NCBI GenBank assembly: GCA_038087875.1
Contig: CM075996.1
Location: 9,178,001 to 9,242,000 of the forward strand
Length of the DNA: 64,000 nucleotides
Source: Malacoraja senta
Taxonomy: Eukaryota
Reading direction: 5' to 3'
Shown here: one piece after another, positions 36,858-49,164 of the stretch
How positions within the stretch are numbered: position 1 is the stretch's first letter
Layout: each line of letters begins with the position of its first letter
Translations under genes and position numbers: made by a program
Notes under the pieces: generated by a model
The model's input: only the letters and a program-made list of their open reading frames with translations
Told to the model about the DNA's origin: nothing
The model's database searches: none

Positions 36858-39789
36858 TTCTGGAAGTCGGCTACCCCGCGCTCTACAACCCGACCAACCT
36901 CTACCCCGCTCTACAACCCTACCCTACAAACCTTGCCAAGTTTTTACTTTCTCTACATCCGAAGCTTCAGAGCCGGCAACTGTTCTAACTAGCTTTACCG
37001 CCCAAACTCTGCTCTGCTGTGTTCCTTGTTGCAAACAAAAGAAGACCATTTTTCAGGAAGCAAATTTAAAGGTATTTAGAACTGGAAAGTATTGAAGAGA
37101 AACTCTCAGTTTCAATACTGCATACATCCTCAGCCATAAATAATTTGGACAAGAATAATAGGAATTGGATAGTTTTGTTTCTTATCAAAGTACACCCTTC
37201 AGATTCAGTGTCCACCTGTTCATCCCTGTGGAAAAAAAATCAGCTCTCGTTTTCATGATGGATCTCACGACACATTGATTTTAAACAATTTGTACTGGAC
37301 ATTCAAAATTCCATTATATTGGTTCAAAGTTGATTTCCCGCAACAATGTCAACTGCAACAATGAAACACAAGAATACACTAGCAAACAAAGTGTCACCTT
37401 TTTTTAAGGTGCATCTGGGCTTTTCCTCTTGTACATAACCATTAATTCCAGCTTGGTATAGAGTTTGCAAATGGTCGAACATTTGTAATGGTTATCATAC
37501 ACTCGACTGAAATTCCAATACCACCCAACCATATTTCAATACAAGATAGATCAATGCGGGCATTGTATCTGTCAGGAATAAACTGTTGTGCTGATCAAAT
37601 GTCCATTTGGACTGTTGTTAAATGGGTTCTATTTTAACTAAAAGTATTAATTTTCCTGAACCTAGTATTTGACATGAATTGTCCCCACCTCAGATCGCCA
37701 CCAAGAATATTATGCAAGTTTGGCAGTACAGCACACAAAGGCCTGTTGGCCTGCTGTGGAATATAGAAGAATTCCAGAAAATTCAGGTATCTTTGTAAGA
37801 ATTCTAATTCCCACCAGTCAGATAGCCTGGGTAAGTCCAGATCACTTATTGTCTGGAAATCCACATTACTTTTTTGTCTCGTATGCGCATGGGTAGAGAA
37901 CAAGGCTGATATGTTATTACCAATCGCTACATGCTTTGACAGGCAAAGTATCTGGACTGGATGGGTGTCTTCCTGAGTTACCCGCATTTATGGTTGCTTT
38001 CCAAGAGGAGGTTGACAAATTACCAATATTTATTGAATTTTATTTTAAGCTGTCCAATCTTTTTAATTCATTTAACGTTAGCATTAGCAGTGTTAAGTTT
38101 CTGTTAAACTTATCGATAGTTCAGTCACTAAACAAGCCAGAATGACAAGCCCTCTGCTGCAGTTTGAATTTGTGAATATGCATTAATCCCCAAATTCATA
38201 TTCCTATGCATTTGTAAACGTTTTATTGATGCTTGGCTCACCCACTCAAGATTAATAGTCAGTCCATATCTTTGGCAACTATGTATGACATTGAGTAAGA
38301 ATACAAGATCATCAAACCATCTACACGACTGGTACGCATCTTCTCATTACACTGAGCAGAGCAGGGTTACAGTTGTAGTTTGGCCCCTTCTGCTATACAG
38401 TTACAGTGCAAAATTTGGTTAAGAATGAAAATGAAATCAGAAATTCCCTCATGGAAGTTTTAACTAAATAACAGCAGCTATTTAACTAAACCGTTGGAGG
38501 TACAGGAATTCTGGCTAACAGTATGTCAGGAGCTAGTTGCAATTTATTTTTTCATCCATTTGTTCATTTTGTTGAACTTGTTATTTTCAAATCTTGCTTG
38601 TGTTTGCCCATGTGATTTTGTTCATAGATGGGAAATGCTTCATTCTCAAGTGTCATGTATGGAATATGTAAGAACTACATTGCTAACCAGCTACTTCACA
38701 CTGTTGATTTAAGGAAAGTCTATTTAGAACATTGGAAATGCAAGAGTTGGTACTGTCTACAATAATGTTCCCAGACTGAACTACATTCTCGTGAAAATCT
38801 GTCATACCACACCTAGAAATGGCATTTCTGATTTACTTTCCACCTGCTTTACATTTCACTTAGGCCTTTCCACTATTATCTAATTACCTTCCTCAACAAC
38901 ACTGGCCTACCACTATCAGAGAAACCTATGACTGTGATGAGACCTTGCCCTCTGCCAACACAGTTTGACCTTTCCAGTTCCATTTCAATTGTGCTTCTCT
39001 TCATTCCCCGCACCATTAATTGTTCATCAAAAGCATATTGAACCTTTATATTCTATGGTACGCAAATCTCTTCCAAATTACCAAAATAACTTTCCAGTGG
39101 TTATTAAGAGCTTGGCAATAAGAAATCAACCTTAAATGTATATATATACAGTACAAGTTGGTAAAACAGCTTTGGTAGCTATCTGTTGGCATCATGGACT
39201 GTGTTTTAAACAAGACATGAACAGGAATTCTGCCATGCACAATCTGAGAAGCAATTTCAGGCAGTTGTATTAATTGGAAATCTGATCAAAAGGAGTTTCC
39301 TTTGATTAAAGTAGGAAATGGAAGCAATGAAATGGGGAAGACTTTCGAGAGTTGGATGTATGCTCTTTGGGGGCTTCCTAGGCAAGCTTTGATCTGCATC
39401 CAATATTGGACAGTAGCTGATCTAGAAATAATTGATCTCTGGGCCTGAAATTAAGCAGTATTTCATGTACACAGAGTTACTTCAATTCTTTAATGTAAAT
39501 GTGATTCGAGATCCCATTGTGACGTTATTGTAACGCGGCTGATGGGCAGGGCAAGTGGAAAAGTGATTTTTGTAGTGTAAAATGTCAATACCTTGTAAAA
39601 TATAACAACAATCTGAACGAAACTTGGCTATTGCACACCCCAGGACAATGGTAAGGTGGGCCAAAAATTGTAGCGCTATCGTGTACCGTTTTGGAGGCGT
39701 TTCCAGGACTCACTCACACGCAAGCAAACAAGATGAGAGTTTGTGATTTAGATATAGATAGATGCTGCCATGATTTCATTTTACAATCA

Positions 39790-40051
39790 TCTGTATATAT
39801 ATTGCTAAAACTTTAATCTTGTTTGTTTGAATGTGTGATCCCGAAACTACGCCAAAACGATACACAAACTTTTGGCCCTTACTCACCATTGTCCTGTGAT
39901 GTGCTGTGGCAAGTTTCGTTCAGATTGATGGTATATTTTACAAGTTATTCACTCAGATTCGGGTTAATCCAGAATCAACAAATTTACCCCCCCGGTTTGT
40001 GAAATTTACCCCCTGGGTAAATTTACCCCAGGTTGGGAACCCTTGGTCTAG
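39790..40051 (+). mobile_element. Short non-autonomous Helitron-like element, with an inverted partial copy at ~39640-39763
   Basis: A|TC start, ggtt-ggg-aacc hairpin, CTTGGTCTAG|T end shared with 29075-29084. Confidence 0.55.
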
Positions 40052-41171
40052 TCTTAAACTATAAAATCCAGTATCAGCTTGTTTGTGGTTAGAATTATAA
40101 TTTTGTTCTCCTTCCCCATACTTTTTTTATTTCCTGCAGTTGGTGTTTAAAACATATTTAACTAATATGGAAAAATGTCAGAAGACAAGCGCTGGTCGCC
40201 AAGTACTTTAGCTTAATGACCTGCAGTATTAACTGAACCTGCTCTGTGTCATGAGGCAATATTTGCACTACCATGCTGTTGCACTGCTCACAAGCACCTT
40301 TTAAAATTTGTTAAAGGATTTGTCACAGTGATTCATAGAGAACCAGCAAAATGAATGTAAACTATTGCCAACTAACGTTTTTACATAACTATTGTATGAA
40401 AGTATTTATTGACAGGGCTATCATCTATAAAAAATATACGGACACGATTAAAAAGGGTGTTTTATTTCCTGATTTAAAAAATTTGCGATTGTTGAAGCTG
40501 GTGAGTCATCCATGCTGTACAAGGCAGTAGGTTTTAACCAGAATATAATGCAAAACCACTTAATACATGAGCGGCACATTGTATTTTGCCGCTAATATCT
40601 CTAATATTACTGTTTTACTTCATTCCAACACTGATTCCATGCAGTGTTTGATATATTAGTGTTTTGTTGTGATAAAACAATGGTTTGATTCCTGATGGTG
40701 TGTAAGGATATTTTACTGTAAAGCTTGCAACTGAAAAGCAGAAGTAACGGTATTTGTTTATTCTGGAAAAAATTAGTTTGGCCCTTTACTGCTTATTGTT
40801 TACCATCAAAATTAAATATAGTTTGTATGTATTTACATTATCAGTTCTACTATGACTTAACTACTTGATCAATGCAAGTTTTTTCTATACTTACAAGAAT
40901 TCTGGAATTTTTATTTTTTTATGCTTCTCTCTTAACTTAATGTTTTGTTTGCACTGCCGAAAATTAAAGCTTCAAATGCATTGAAAAGGTCTGATGTATT
41001 TTTTAAATATTTAAGAATGAATAAAAATCAATAGCAGGATGTCAGTGTATCCAAATAATCTTGTCCATGTTATTTTAAATATTTTGAAGGCAAAAAGTCC
41101 GTTTCAACTCTTAGTTTTTCCACAGGCTGACTACGTACATTGAGAGGTAGATATCTGCGGGTGGTTAGGTA

Positions 41172-41798
41172 AGGCCCTGCCCCACTTACGTGACCTCGTC
41201 GCGCGTTGAGGCGCACGGGGCCGGTCCCACTGAGAAGCGCGGAGGTGTATGGTATTGTGCGCGGTATCGCGCAGCGCTTTGAAATTTTGTAGCGAATTAA
41301 ATCTTCGCGCGCCACTGGCCTGTCGCGTAACTGACGGCCAAAGTGGGACAGGCCCAAGACCCTGGCGCGACGCAACGTCTCACCTTCAACAGCAGCAGAA
41401 GCAGGCAAACGATCGCCGAGCTCGGCCTGGGGCTCACGGCCGTTGCGGTCCGGATCCGCCCCCACTTCTACTCCCAGAGCGGGGCCAAGAAAATTGAAGA
41501 TAGACACAAAATGCTGGAGTAACTCAGCGGGACCGGCAGCATCTCTGGAGAGAAGAAATGGATGACGTTTCAGGTCAAGACCCTTCTTTCAGACTGAAGA
41601 AGGGTCTCGACCCGAAACATCACCCATTGCTTCTCTCCAGAGATGCCGCCGGTCCCGCTGAGTTACTCCTGCATTTTGTGTCCATCTTCAAATGAGGTCA
41701 CGCGCTCCAGACGGCTGTGCAGACGCATGAAGTCGCCTCAACGCGACCACGAGGTCGCGTAATTAGCGTGCCAAGGACAAGTAAGTGGGACAGAGGCT
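41172..41798. mobile_element. Harbinger-type non-autonomous element containing a palindromic Penelope-derived insert
   Basis: ggccctgcccactt...aagtgggacag termini like the MITEs at 17405 and 47472. Confidence 0.55.
41494..41691. repeat. ~198-bp near-perfect palindrome made of two inverted Penelope terminal-repeat halves
   Basis: ttgaagatagacacaaaatgctggagtaactcagcggg...|ttcagactgaa|...cccgctgagttactcctgcattttgtgtccatcttcaa. Confidence 0.85.
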
Positions 41799-42137
41799 GT
41801 AGACAACTGCCAGCGTGTGGCCTCTGCTATAAAATAGTGATCTTTCGTGACCCATGCCTCATTAGCATGAACTACATGTCTAATGGTCAAAAGCCCAGTA
41901 CAACACTGTCTCACAATTGTAACAATCAGCCAGGCGTCAGATTAAACAGTACTTTATAAATTAAAGATTTTAATATTTATCGCACTTCTTATTTCCCTCT
42001 TAGCAACCACATCATCTGTTGTAAAGAGTGTCACAAAATTAACTGTATCCATATCCTCTTGCCTTCACACAATCTTTTAGGATCACAGTGGCACTCAGTT
42101 CTGAGTTATTCTGTATATAAAACATATTTGCCAAATA

Positions 42138-42920
42138 TTGAAGGCTGATAAATCCCCAGGGTCTGATGGTCTGCATCCCAGGGTACTTAAGGAAGTGGCT
42201 CTAGAAATCGTGGACGCATTGGTGATAATTTTCCAATGTTCTCTAGATTCAGGATCAGTTCCTGTCGATTGGAGGGTAGCTAATGTTATCCCACTTTTTG
42301 AGAAATGCGGGAGAGAGAAAACAGGGAATTATAGACCAGTTAGCCTGACATCGGTGGTGGGGAAGATGCTGTAGTCAATTATAAAAGATGAGATAGCCGA
42401 ACATTTGGATAGAAGTAACAGGATCGGTCCGAGTCAGCATGGATTTACGAAGGGGAAATCATGATTGACTAATCTTCTGGAATTTTTTGAAGATGTAACT
42501 AGGAAAATGGACAAGGGAGAGCCAGTGGATGTAGTGTACCTGGACTTTCAGAAAGCATTTGATGAGGTCCCACATAGGAAATTAGTGGGCAAAATTAGGG
42601 TAAATGGTATTGGGGGTAGAGTGCTGACATGGATAGAGAAGTGGTTGGCAGACAGGAAACAAAGAGTAGGGATTAACGGGTCCCTTTCAGAATGGCAGGC
42701 AATGACTAGTGGGGTACCGCAAGGCTCGGTGCTGGGACCGCAGCTATTTACAATATATATCAATGATTTAGATGAAGGGATTCAAAGTAACATTAGCAAA
42801 TTTGCAGATGACACAAAGCTGGGTGAGCTGTGAGGAGGATGCTATGAGAATGCAGGGTGACTTGGACAGGTTGGGTGAGTGGGCAGATGCATGGCAGACA
42901 GTTTAATGTGGATAAATGTG
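42138..42920 (+). mobile_element. CR1 LINE reverse transcriptase fragment (stops and frameshifts)
   Basis: [46 protein letters not shown]. Confidence 0.92.
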
Positions 42921-43676
42921 AGTTTATGTTAGCAGCCGCTAAGAGTGGATGGGGGGAGTTTGAGGGGAAATCGAGTGAGTGCGTGGGGGGGAGGGCAAGA
43001 GGCTCCTGGGGTGAGGGGAGGGCGGATCAGGGGCGTCACAACGGGAACCCGTCAGTCGCGCCTGTGCAGTTAGGGGCCATGGGTGATTGGTGGAGTATTG
43101 CATTGGGGGAACGGGTTGTGTTTGGGGAACGGGTGAGTGGTGGAATATTGCATTGGGGAATGGGTTGCGTTGGGGGTCCAGGCCTCCCGTGCGGTTGGGA
43201 TCCAACGGGTCCCACGTAGTCTATGACTTGTATCGCCTCATTTTGACAATCCATCTAACGCATACCTTCTCAGAGTTGTGATTGTTTATTTAACTAATAC
43301 TGCCCTCAGACCCCCCTTTTTAAATTTCCTTTGTCTATATTCTTGGCAAAGGGGATAAAAATGGACCCACTGAGTTCCTCAAGCACTTTGTGTTTTGCTC
43401 TGGAGCAGCTTAAATCTCTGCCAAGGTTTAAAATGGTGACAGAGGAATACTTCATCTGGAATGCCAGGGGAATTCCATAAATGATGAAGATAATCACATT
43501 CACACATTTAACACCAAAATAGCATTAACAGCTCCCTGAGGAGACGAAGGGCTTTGGACTTGAAAATCAGCACCTGAGCTCACCTGTTGATCATTGCCAC
43601 TGTGAAGGGTAGGTTAATGTAAAAACACATGACCTTTGGGAGCCTAGTGAACATTATGTATTTAGGTGTCAACTTG

Positions 43677-46600
43677 CAGAGCTGCCAACTCTCATGCATT
43701 GAGCGTGAGACTCACGTATTTCGCCCAATTCTCACGCTCTCGCGCTGATCACAGAATTTCTCACGCTCTGTCGTGAGAAATTCTGTGATCAACGAGAATT
43801 TCAAAATTAATATCAACTGCGTGGGCCGTGGGTGTTGGAGAGCCGGGGCGGAGGGAGAGATGGAAGCAGAAGCAGCGGCGGGGGGCAGATGCGGACGGGG
43901 AGTCGTGGCTGGCGAGTGTATGCCGGGCTGGCGAGTCGCTCGCTGCAGCTCCGGCCATGGAGCAGCCACAATTCAAGAGTCCCGGGCCGTTGGAAGCGTT
44001 GCGCTGCTGCCGTGAGAGTCTCTGCCGAATTTGCCCTGGTGACCGGCATGGACCAGGCTGCGGCTCGGTGCATCCTGGAGGGCAACCAGTGGCTGCTGGA
44101 AGTAGGTACCAAGCACTGGGTTGAAGCGGTGGAAGATAGTGGCCTTCAAATGGGGGTGGTTGGAGAAAGCATCCTGCTTGCCTGCTAGATTTTCACTTAC
44201 TGTAACTACAGGAAAAATGTTCCTGATGTTGGGGGATTTCAGAACCAGGGGTCACAGTTTAAGAATAAGGGATAGGCCAGTTAGGACTGAGATGAGGACA
44301 AATTTTCTTCACCCAGAGAGTTGTGAATCTGTGGAATTCTCTGCCACAGAAGGCAGTGGAGCACTGGATGTTTTCAAGAGAGAATTACATTTAGTTCTTG
44401 GGGCTAGCGAAATCAAGGGATATGGGGGAAAAAACAGGAAAAGAGGTACTGATTTTAGATGAACACCCATGATCATATTGAATGGCAGTGCTGGCTCGAA
44501 GGGCCGAATGGCTATTCCTGCACCTATTTTCTATGTTTCTATGCTTGAGTATATGGCAATAAAACCCGACCACTTGATTTTGAAGCATTCATGCATGGTG
44601 GAGGTATAATGTAGTCATAGAGTGATACAGTATGAAAACAGACCCTTCAGCCAAACCTGCCCACACCGCCAACATTTCCCAGCTACACTACCTGCTTTTT
44701 GTCCATATCCCTCCAAACCTGTCCTATCCATGTATCAGTCTAACTGTTTCTTAAATATTGGGATAGTCCCTGCCTCAACTGCCTCCTCTGGCAGCTTGTT
44801 CCATGCACCCACCACCCTTTGTGTGAAAAAGTTTCCCCTTAAAAAGTTACCTTAAAAAATATTTCAAACAAAAAACATTGAAATCATACTTCTACAATGC
44901 ACTAAAACATGATTTGAATACAAATTTCGAAGTCCCTACCGTGGGAGGGGCACCCCCCCTCCCACCACTCAGTTGCTCCACTCCTTCGCCGGGTACCCCC
45001 AAGGCCAGCGATTGCTCAGCCCCCCACTTTAAAAATGCTCCGCGGCCCCTGGTTCAGACGGAGAGCACTGGCAGATGTGAGCGGGGGAACTGAGGCCAGT
45101 TGTCCATGATGTCTGGATCCCAATGCTCAGTGCTTCGTGTTTCGGAGTTGGCTAATGTTATTGATTTGTAATTAGCCTGATTTGTAATTAGTTGACAAAA
45201 CCTGAATTTATTAATCCGGAATATCCAGGGGGATGGGATAAGTGTAATATTAAAATGACATACAAGGTGTCAGGCTGTCTGTCACAACATACAGCCCCGA
45301 TAACCCATTATTTCCTTCAGTTAAATATTGGGAAGGTAGCACTATTGTTATTTACCACTCAAATATTATGTTTGTTTACCTCACTGACTATTTCTAAACC
45401 CCCCCCCCCCCCCCAAATTCCTTTGACAGGTTTGAATAGAAATGTACCCAATCTCGTTGTTTTATTAATTGAACAGGTAGATGAAAATCCTCAAGGAGTG
45501 TAATCAGATGGAACTGATTCAAAGGTGATGTTTAAGAGCTTGTTCAAAGAAGGGCATATTTTAAAGGAGTGACCGAAATACTTGCAGGGGAATGTGTGAG
45601 GAGGTTATTATTTGTCTTTAGTTTTAGCTTGAACCAGAATATCTGAAGATTCAAAGTTTAATATAATAATTGTGCTGATACTGACTCCAACCAACCATGT
45701 AATGAATATCATCAATTCCAGAGGTTTTATTTTTCTGATGCCATTTAAACTTCACTTGGATTTCAATCACTTCAATGTAAAAGTAATTGGGAATGGGGAG
45801 CATTGGAACAAAAATTTGCCCTTGGTACATATTAATTGTAATATAATAATGTATGCATGTTGTAGGTGCAATCAAAACAAAGATATTTAATTATGTTGTG
45901 TTATGAATACCACAGAAAATATTATGTACTCTCAAAATCACATTAAATAGAATATTATTGCTTAAATATATAGTTATTGGACTTTGCATTTCGGAAAAGT
46001 CACAGCTGAGAGGAAGATAGCAAAATGCTGAAAATATTGGGGGTGAAAATGACTTCAGGAGTTTGTTAGGAAAATGAAGGAAATGGCAACAGAATACTTA
46101 TACAGCTGAGAGTATAATTTTATGGATGAGAAATTGTGTTCAACCAATTGATGACTTCTTTGACAAAGTAACTAGGATGTTAGATAACAAGGAAGCCAAT
46201 GGATGTAGCATATTTTGTTATACAAAATTTGGTCCGTGAAGTGCCCCATAAAAGATTACTGCATTAGATAAGCACCTGTGGACTTGAACGTAATAGGTTA
46301 AGTCCAGGGGTCAGATATGGGGCTTTATGTGTGGGCAGATATATTGTCAGTGCAGAGGGGCTAGGAGCAAGGCCAAGTGTGCATCCAGAGTCAAGGTCTG
46401 GAATAGTAACTAGGTGTGCAGTCAAAGCTGTGACAATGGGAGTGTCAGCACTGGGAACCTAAGCAGGTAAGCAGCTATGATCAGGGTAGAATAGGGGCCA
46501 GTTTAAGGCTGGACTCAGGGTCAGGAATGAGAAGGTATGCAACTGTAGTCGGGGTCAGGAGTAGTACCAGGTGTGCAGTGAGACTCGGTTGGTCAACATG

Positions 46601-46952
46601 GGCCAAGTGCTTGATTATAATCTGATTTCCATACATGAATACACTAAGATCATTCATGTGCTGCATCTGTTGATCAGAGCCTGGGCTCTACTGTGGAATG
46701 TAATTAGGAATGTAATTTAGCCTAACCTTATTCATAGCTAATCCAATTTAAAGCAATAAATATTGCATCAAGTGTAAGTTAAAAGACTCACTTCAGTATG
46801 CACCAGTTTGCTCACATTTCAAGCTGAAAAATGCAAAAGCTCCCTACTAATAGGAGGAGGGACACCCCCCCTCCCACCCCCTCGGTCGCTGCGCTCTCTC
46901 TTGTCTCTCGCAATTTCTCACTCCCAACTCTCACCCAATGTTGGCAGCCCTG
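43677..46952. mobile_element. hAT-like termini bracketing a composite region
   Basis: CAGAGCTGCCAAC at 43677 and GTTGGCAGCCCTG ending at 46952, with (ctcac/gtgag)-rich subterminal motifs; no matching 8-bp target duplication, so the ends may come from two copies. Confidence 0.55.
43957..44101 (+). pseudogene. TDP2-like (tyrosyl-DNA phosphodiesterase 2) exon-1 fragment, N-terminal UBA-like domain
   Basis: gccATGg start; RESLC-(frameshift)-EFALVTGMDQAAARCILEGNQWLLE then a GTAGGT donor; fits the LCxEFAxxxxxDxAxAxCxLxxNxWxxE pattern recalled for TDP2. Confidence 0.6.
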
Positions 46953-47471
46953 CTAAGGTCAGTTGTGGACATACCTAGTCAGTGTAGTTTATTGTCATGT
47001 GTAACTCAGCGGGACAGGCAGCATCTGGAGAAGGAATGGGTGATGTTTCAAGTCGAAACCCTTCTGAAGACTTACGTCTTAAAGAGGTCGCAGTCTGAAG
47101 AAGGGTCTTGACCCGAAACGTCACCCATTCCTTCTCTCCAGAGATGCTGCCCTGTCCCGCTGAGTTACTCCAGCATTTTGTGTCTACCTCGTGTCTAGGA
47201 GGAGGACTGGACATTTTGGTGCCTTTCCCTCACAGTGGAGAGTGTTGACTCTGCTGTGGGGGGATGTTCGTGTTGAATCTCTAATAGTGTGTCGTGTCTT
47301 TTTTTTTCTACCTCTTTTTTTTTCATTTATATGGATAATTTTCTCTGTAAAGCACTTTGGCTTCAGTGATTGAAATTGATTGAAAAGTGCTATATAAATA
47401 AATTTACTTTACTTTACTTTACCTTCGATTTAAACCAGCATCTGCAGTTCTTTCCTCACATCACAGTTTAA

Positions 47472-47717
47472 AGGGCCTGTCCCACTTTCACGACTTAATT
47501 CTTTCATCCCGACCATTTTTTTACTCGTGGACATTTTTTATCGGGCTGGAAAAAAGTCCCGACTTATCTGATGCCACGAGTACCTACGGCTAGCATAACG
47601 AGCCGCTATGATATATCTACGAACTCCTACGGACTCGTTACGAACATTCTGCGAGTTTGAATCAGGGGAAAACTCGGGAGAATTCGTGAATTACCTCGTG
47701 AAAATGGGACAGGCCCT
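47472..47717. mobile_element. PIF/Harbinger-type MITE inserted in a CR1 fragment
   Basis: TIR AGGGCCTGTCCCA; TAA duplication splits the CR1 sequence tcacagtt(taa)gaataagggg. Confidence 0.85.
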
Positions 47718-47849
47718 TAAGAATAAGGGGTAGGCCATTTAGGACTGAGATGAGGAAAAACATTTTCACCAAGAGTTGTGAATCTGTGGAATTCTCTGCC
47801 ACAGAAGCCAGTGGAGGCCAATTCACTGGATGTTTTCAAGAGAGCGTTA

Positions 47850-48473
47850 AACCGTTGTCGTTGGGGCCTAGCTCCGTGGAGCGGCCTCCGACCGGGACGA
47901 CCTGGGGGCTCCAGTCGCGGAGCCTGCGGAGCTGCGGACTTACCATCGTGGGGCTGGCCGGCCTCGGAGCGTGAGGAGCGGTGGTGGCTCGCTGCTGCGG
48001 CCCGACTCCGGAGCTCCAGCTGCAGACCTGTGGACTGTGACATCGGGAGCTCGCGGGTCCGGGTGAGAGACCGCTTTCCGGATCTCCCGCAACGCAACTC
48101 CTCCCGCCCGTGTCGCGGGGTTGGAACGACCCGGAGCGGGTCCGTAAATCGCCCGGCGCGGCTTTAATGGCCGCGGGACATTCCAGCGCCCGCCGGGGGC
48201 TCCAACTTTGTGACTTTTGGGCCCGGAGTGAGGCCGTACACCGCCCGGCGCGGCCTCAATGGCCGTGGGACTTAACATTGCCCGCCTGGGGCTTCAACAT
48301 CGGGAGAGAAATGGTGCAGGGGAGGAGGAGATTCACTGTGATGGATGTTTTTCTGTGGATTGAGTTGTTTGTGTGTCGTGTAGGAATTGTTTTGTTTGTA
48401 TGGCTGTGGAAACGGAGTTTCGTTTGAGCCTCTTGAGGTTCAAATGACAAGAATAAATCTAATCTAATCTAAA
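47850..48473 (+). repeat. GC-rich non-autonomous retroposon with AATAAA-(TCTAA)n tail, nested in CR1
   Basis: CpG-rich body and a tail region related to 50535-51255. Confidence 0.5.
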
Positions 48474-49039
48474 TGAATCGAGGGATATGGGGAGAAAGCA
48501 GGAACGGGGTACTGATTTTGGATGATCAGCCACGATCATATTGAATGGCCATGCTGGCTCGAGGGGCCGAATTGCCTATTCCGCACCTAATTTCTATGAT
48601 TTAGTAAAATGGAGTAAATGCACACTAAATGCTGGAGTAACTCAGCAGGTCAGGTAGCATCTCTGGAGAAAAGGAATAGGCGACGTTTCGGTTCGGGACC
48701 CTTCTTCAGACTATTTTAGCTTCAACTGACGCTGGAGTAGGGTTGTACACGGCAGGTTTTACATTCATCGGGCCGTGCAATCCGCTAGGATAATGCCCAG
48801 GAACCCTGCCCCATTTCTCCGGTACTGCAATAAATTCTCTCGGTATGAGGTGCCAGTAATATGGGCAAAATAAAGCAGGAGTCTAAAAGGCTTTGAACTT
48901 GAAAATCAACATTTGAACTCACCTGTAAATCATTGCCGTGAAGGGTAGGTTAAGGATAAAATGCATGACCTTTGGGAGCAAGGTGAATACATTGTGGATG
49001 TTGGTGTCAATCGGGATGGATGATGGATGACAAGCATTG

Positions 49040-49164
49040 CCTCAGCCGTCGACGGCCGCTCCCGCCAAAAGCAACCGCTGTCCGACCGCCCGCCCGCCGT
49101 CACGTGACCCGATTCGACCTGGCTGCCGTTCGCTGCGGCTCCGGGACTCGGCGCCATTGTGTAG
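49040..49164 (+). promoter_or_regulatory. GC-rich promoter and candidate non-coding first exon of a downstream gene
   Basis: CpG-dense stretch not matching the repeat families here; GC boxes (ccgccc), palindromic E-box GTCACGTGAC at 49099-49108, YY1-like GCGCCATT, donor AG|GTGAGA after 49164. Confidence 0.55.

Noticed and set aside
37400..38350. Minus-strand ORF 37634-37987 with a faint resemblance to a decayed hAT/ZBED transposase
   Set aside because: No motif can be identified with confidence by eye; the region may simply be SUN 3' UTR (AATAAA at 37577 and 41020). Needs an HMM search
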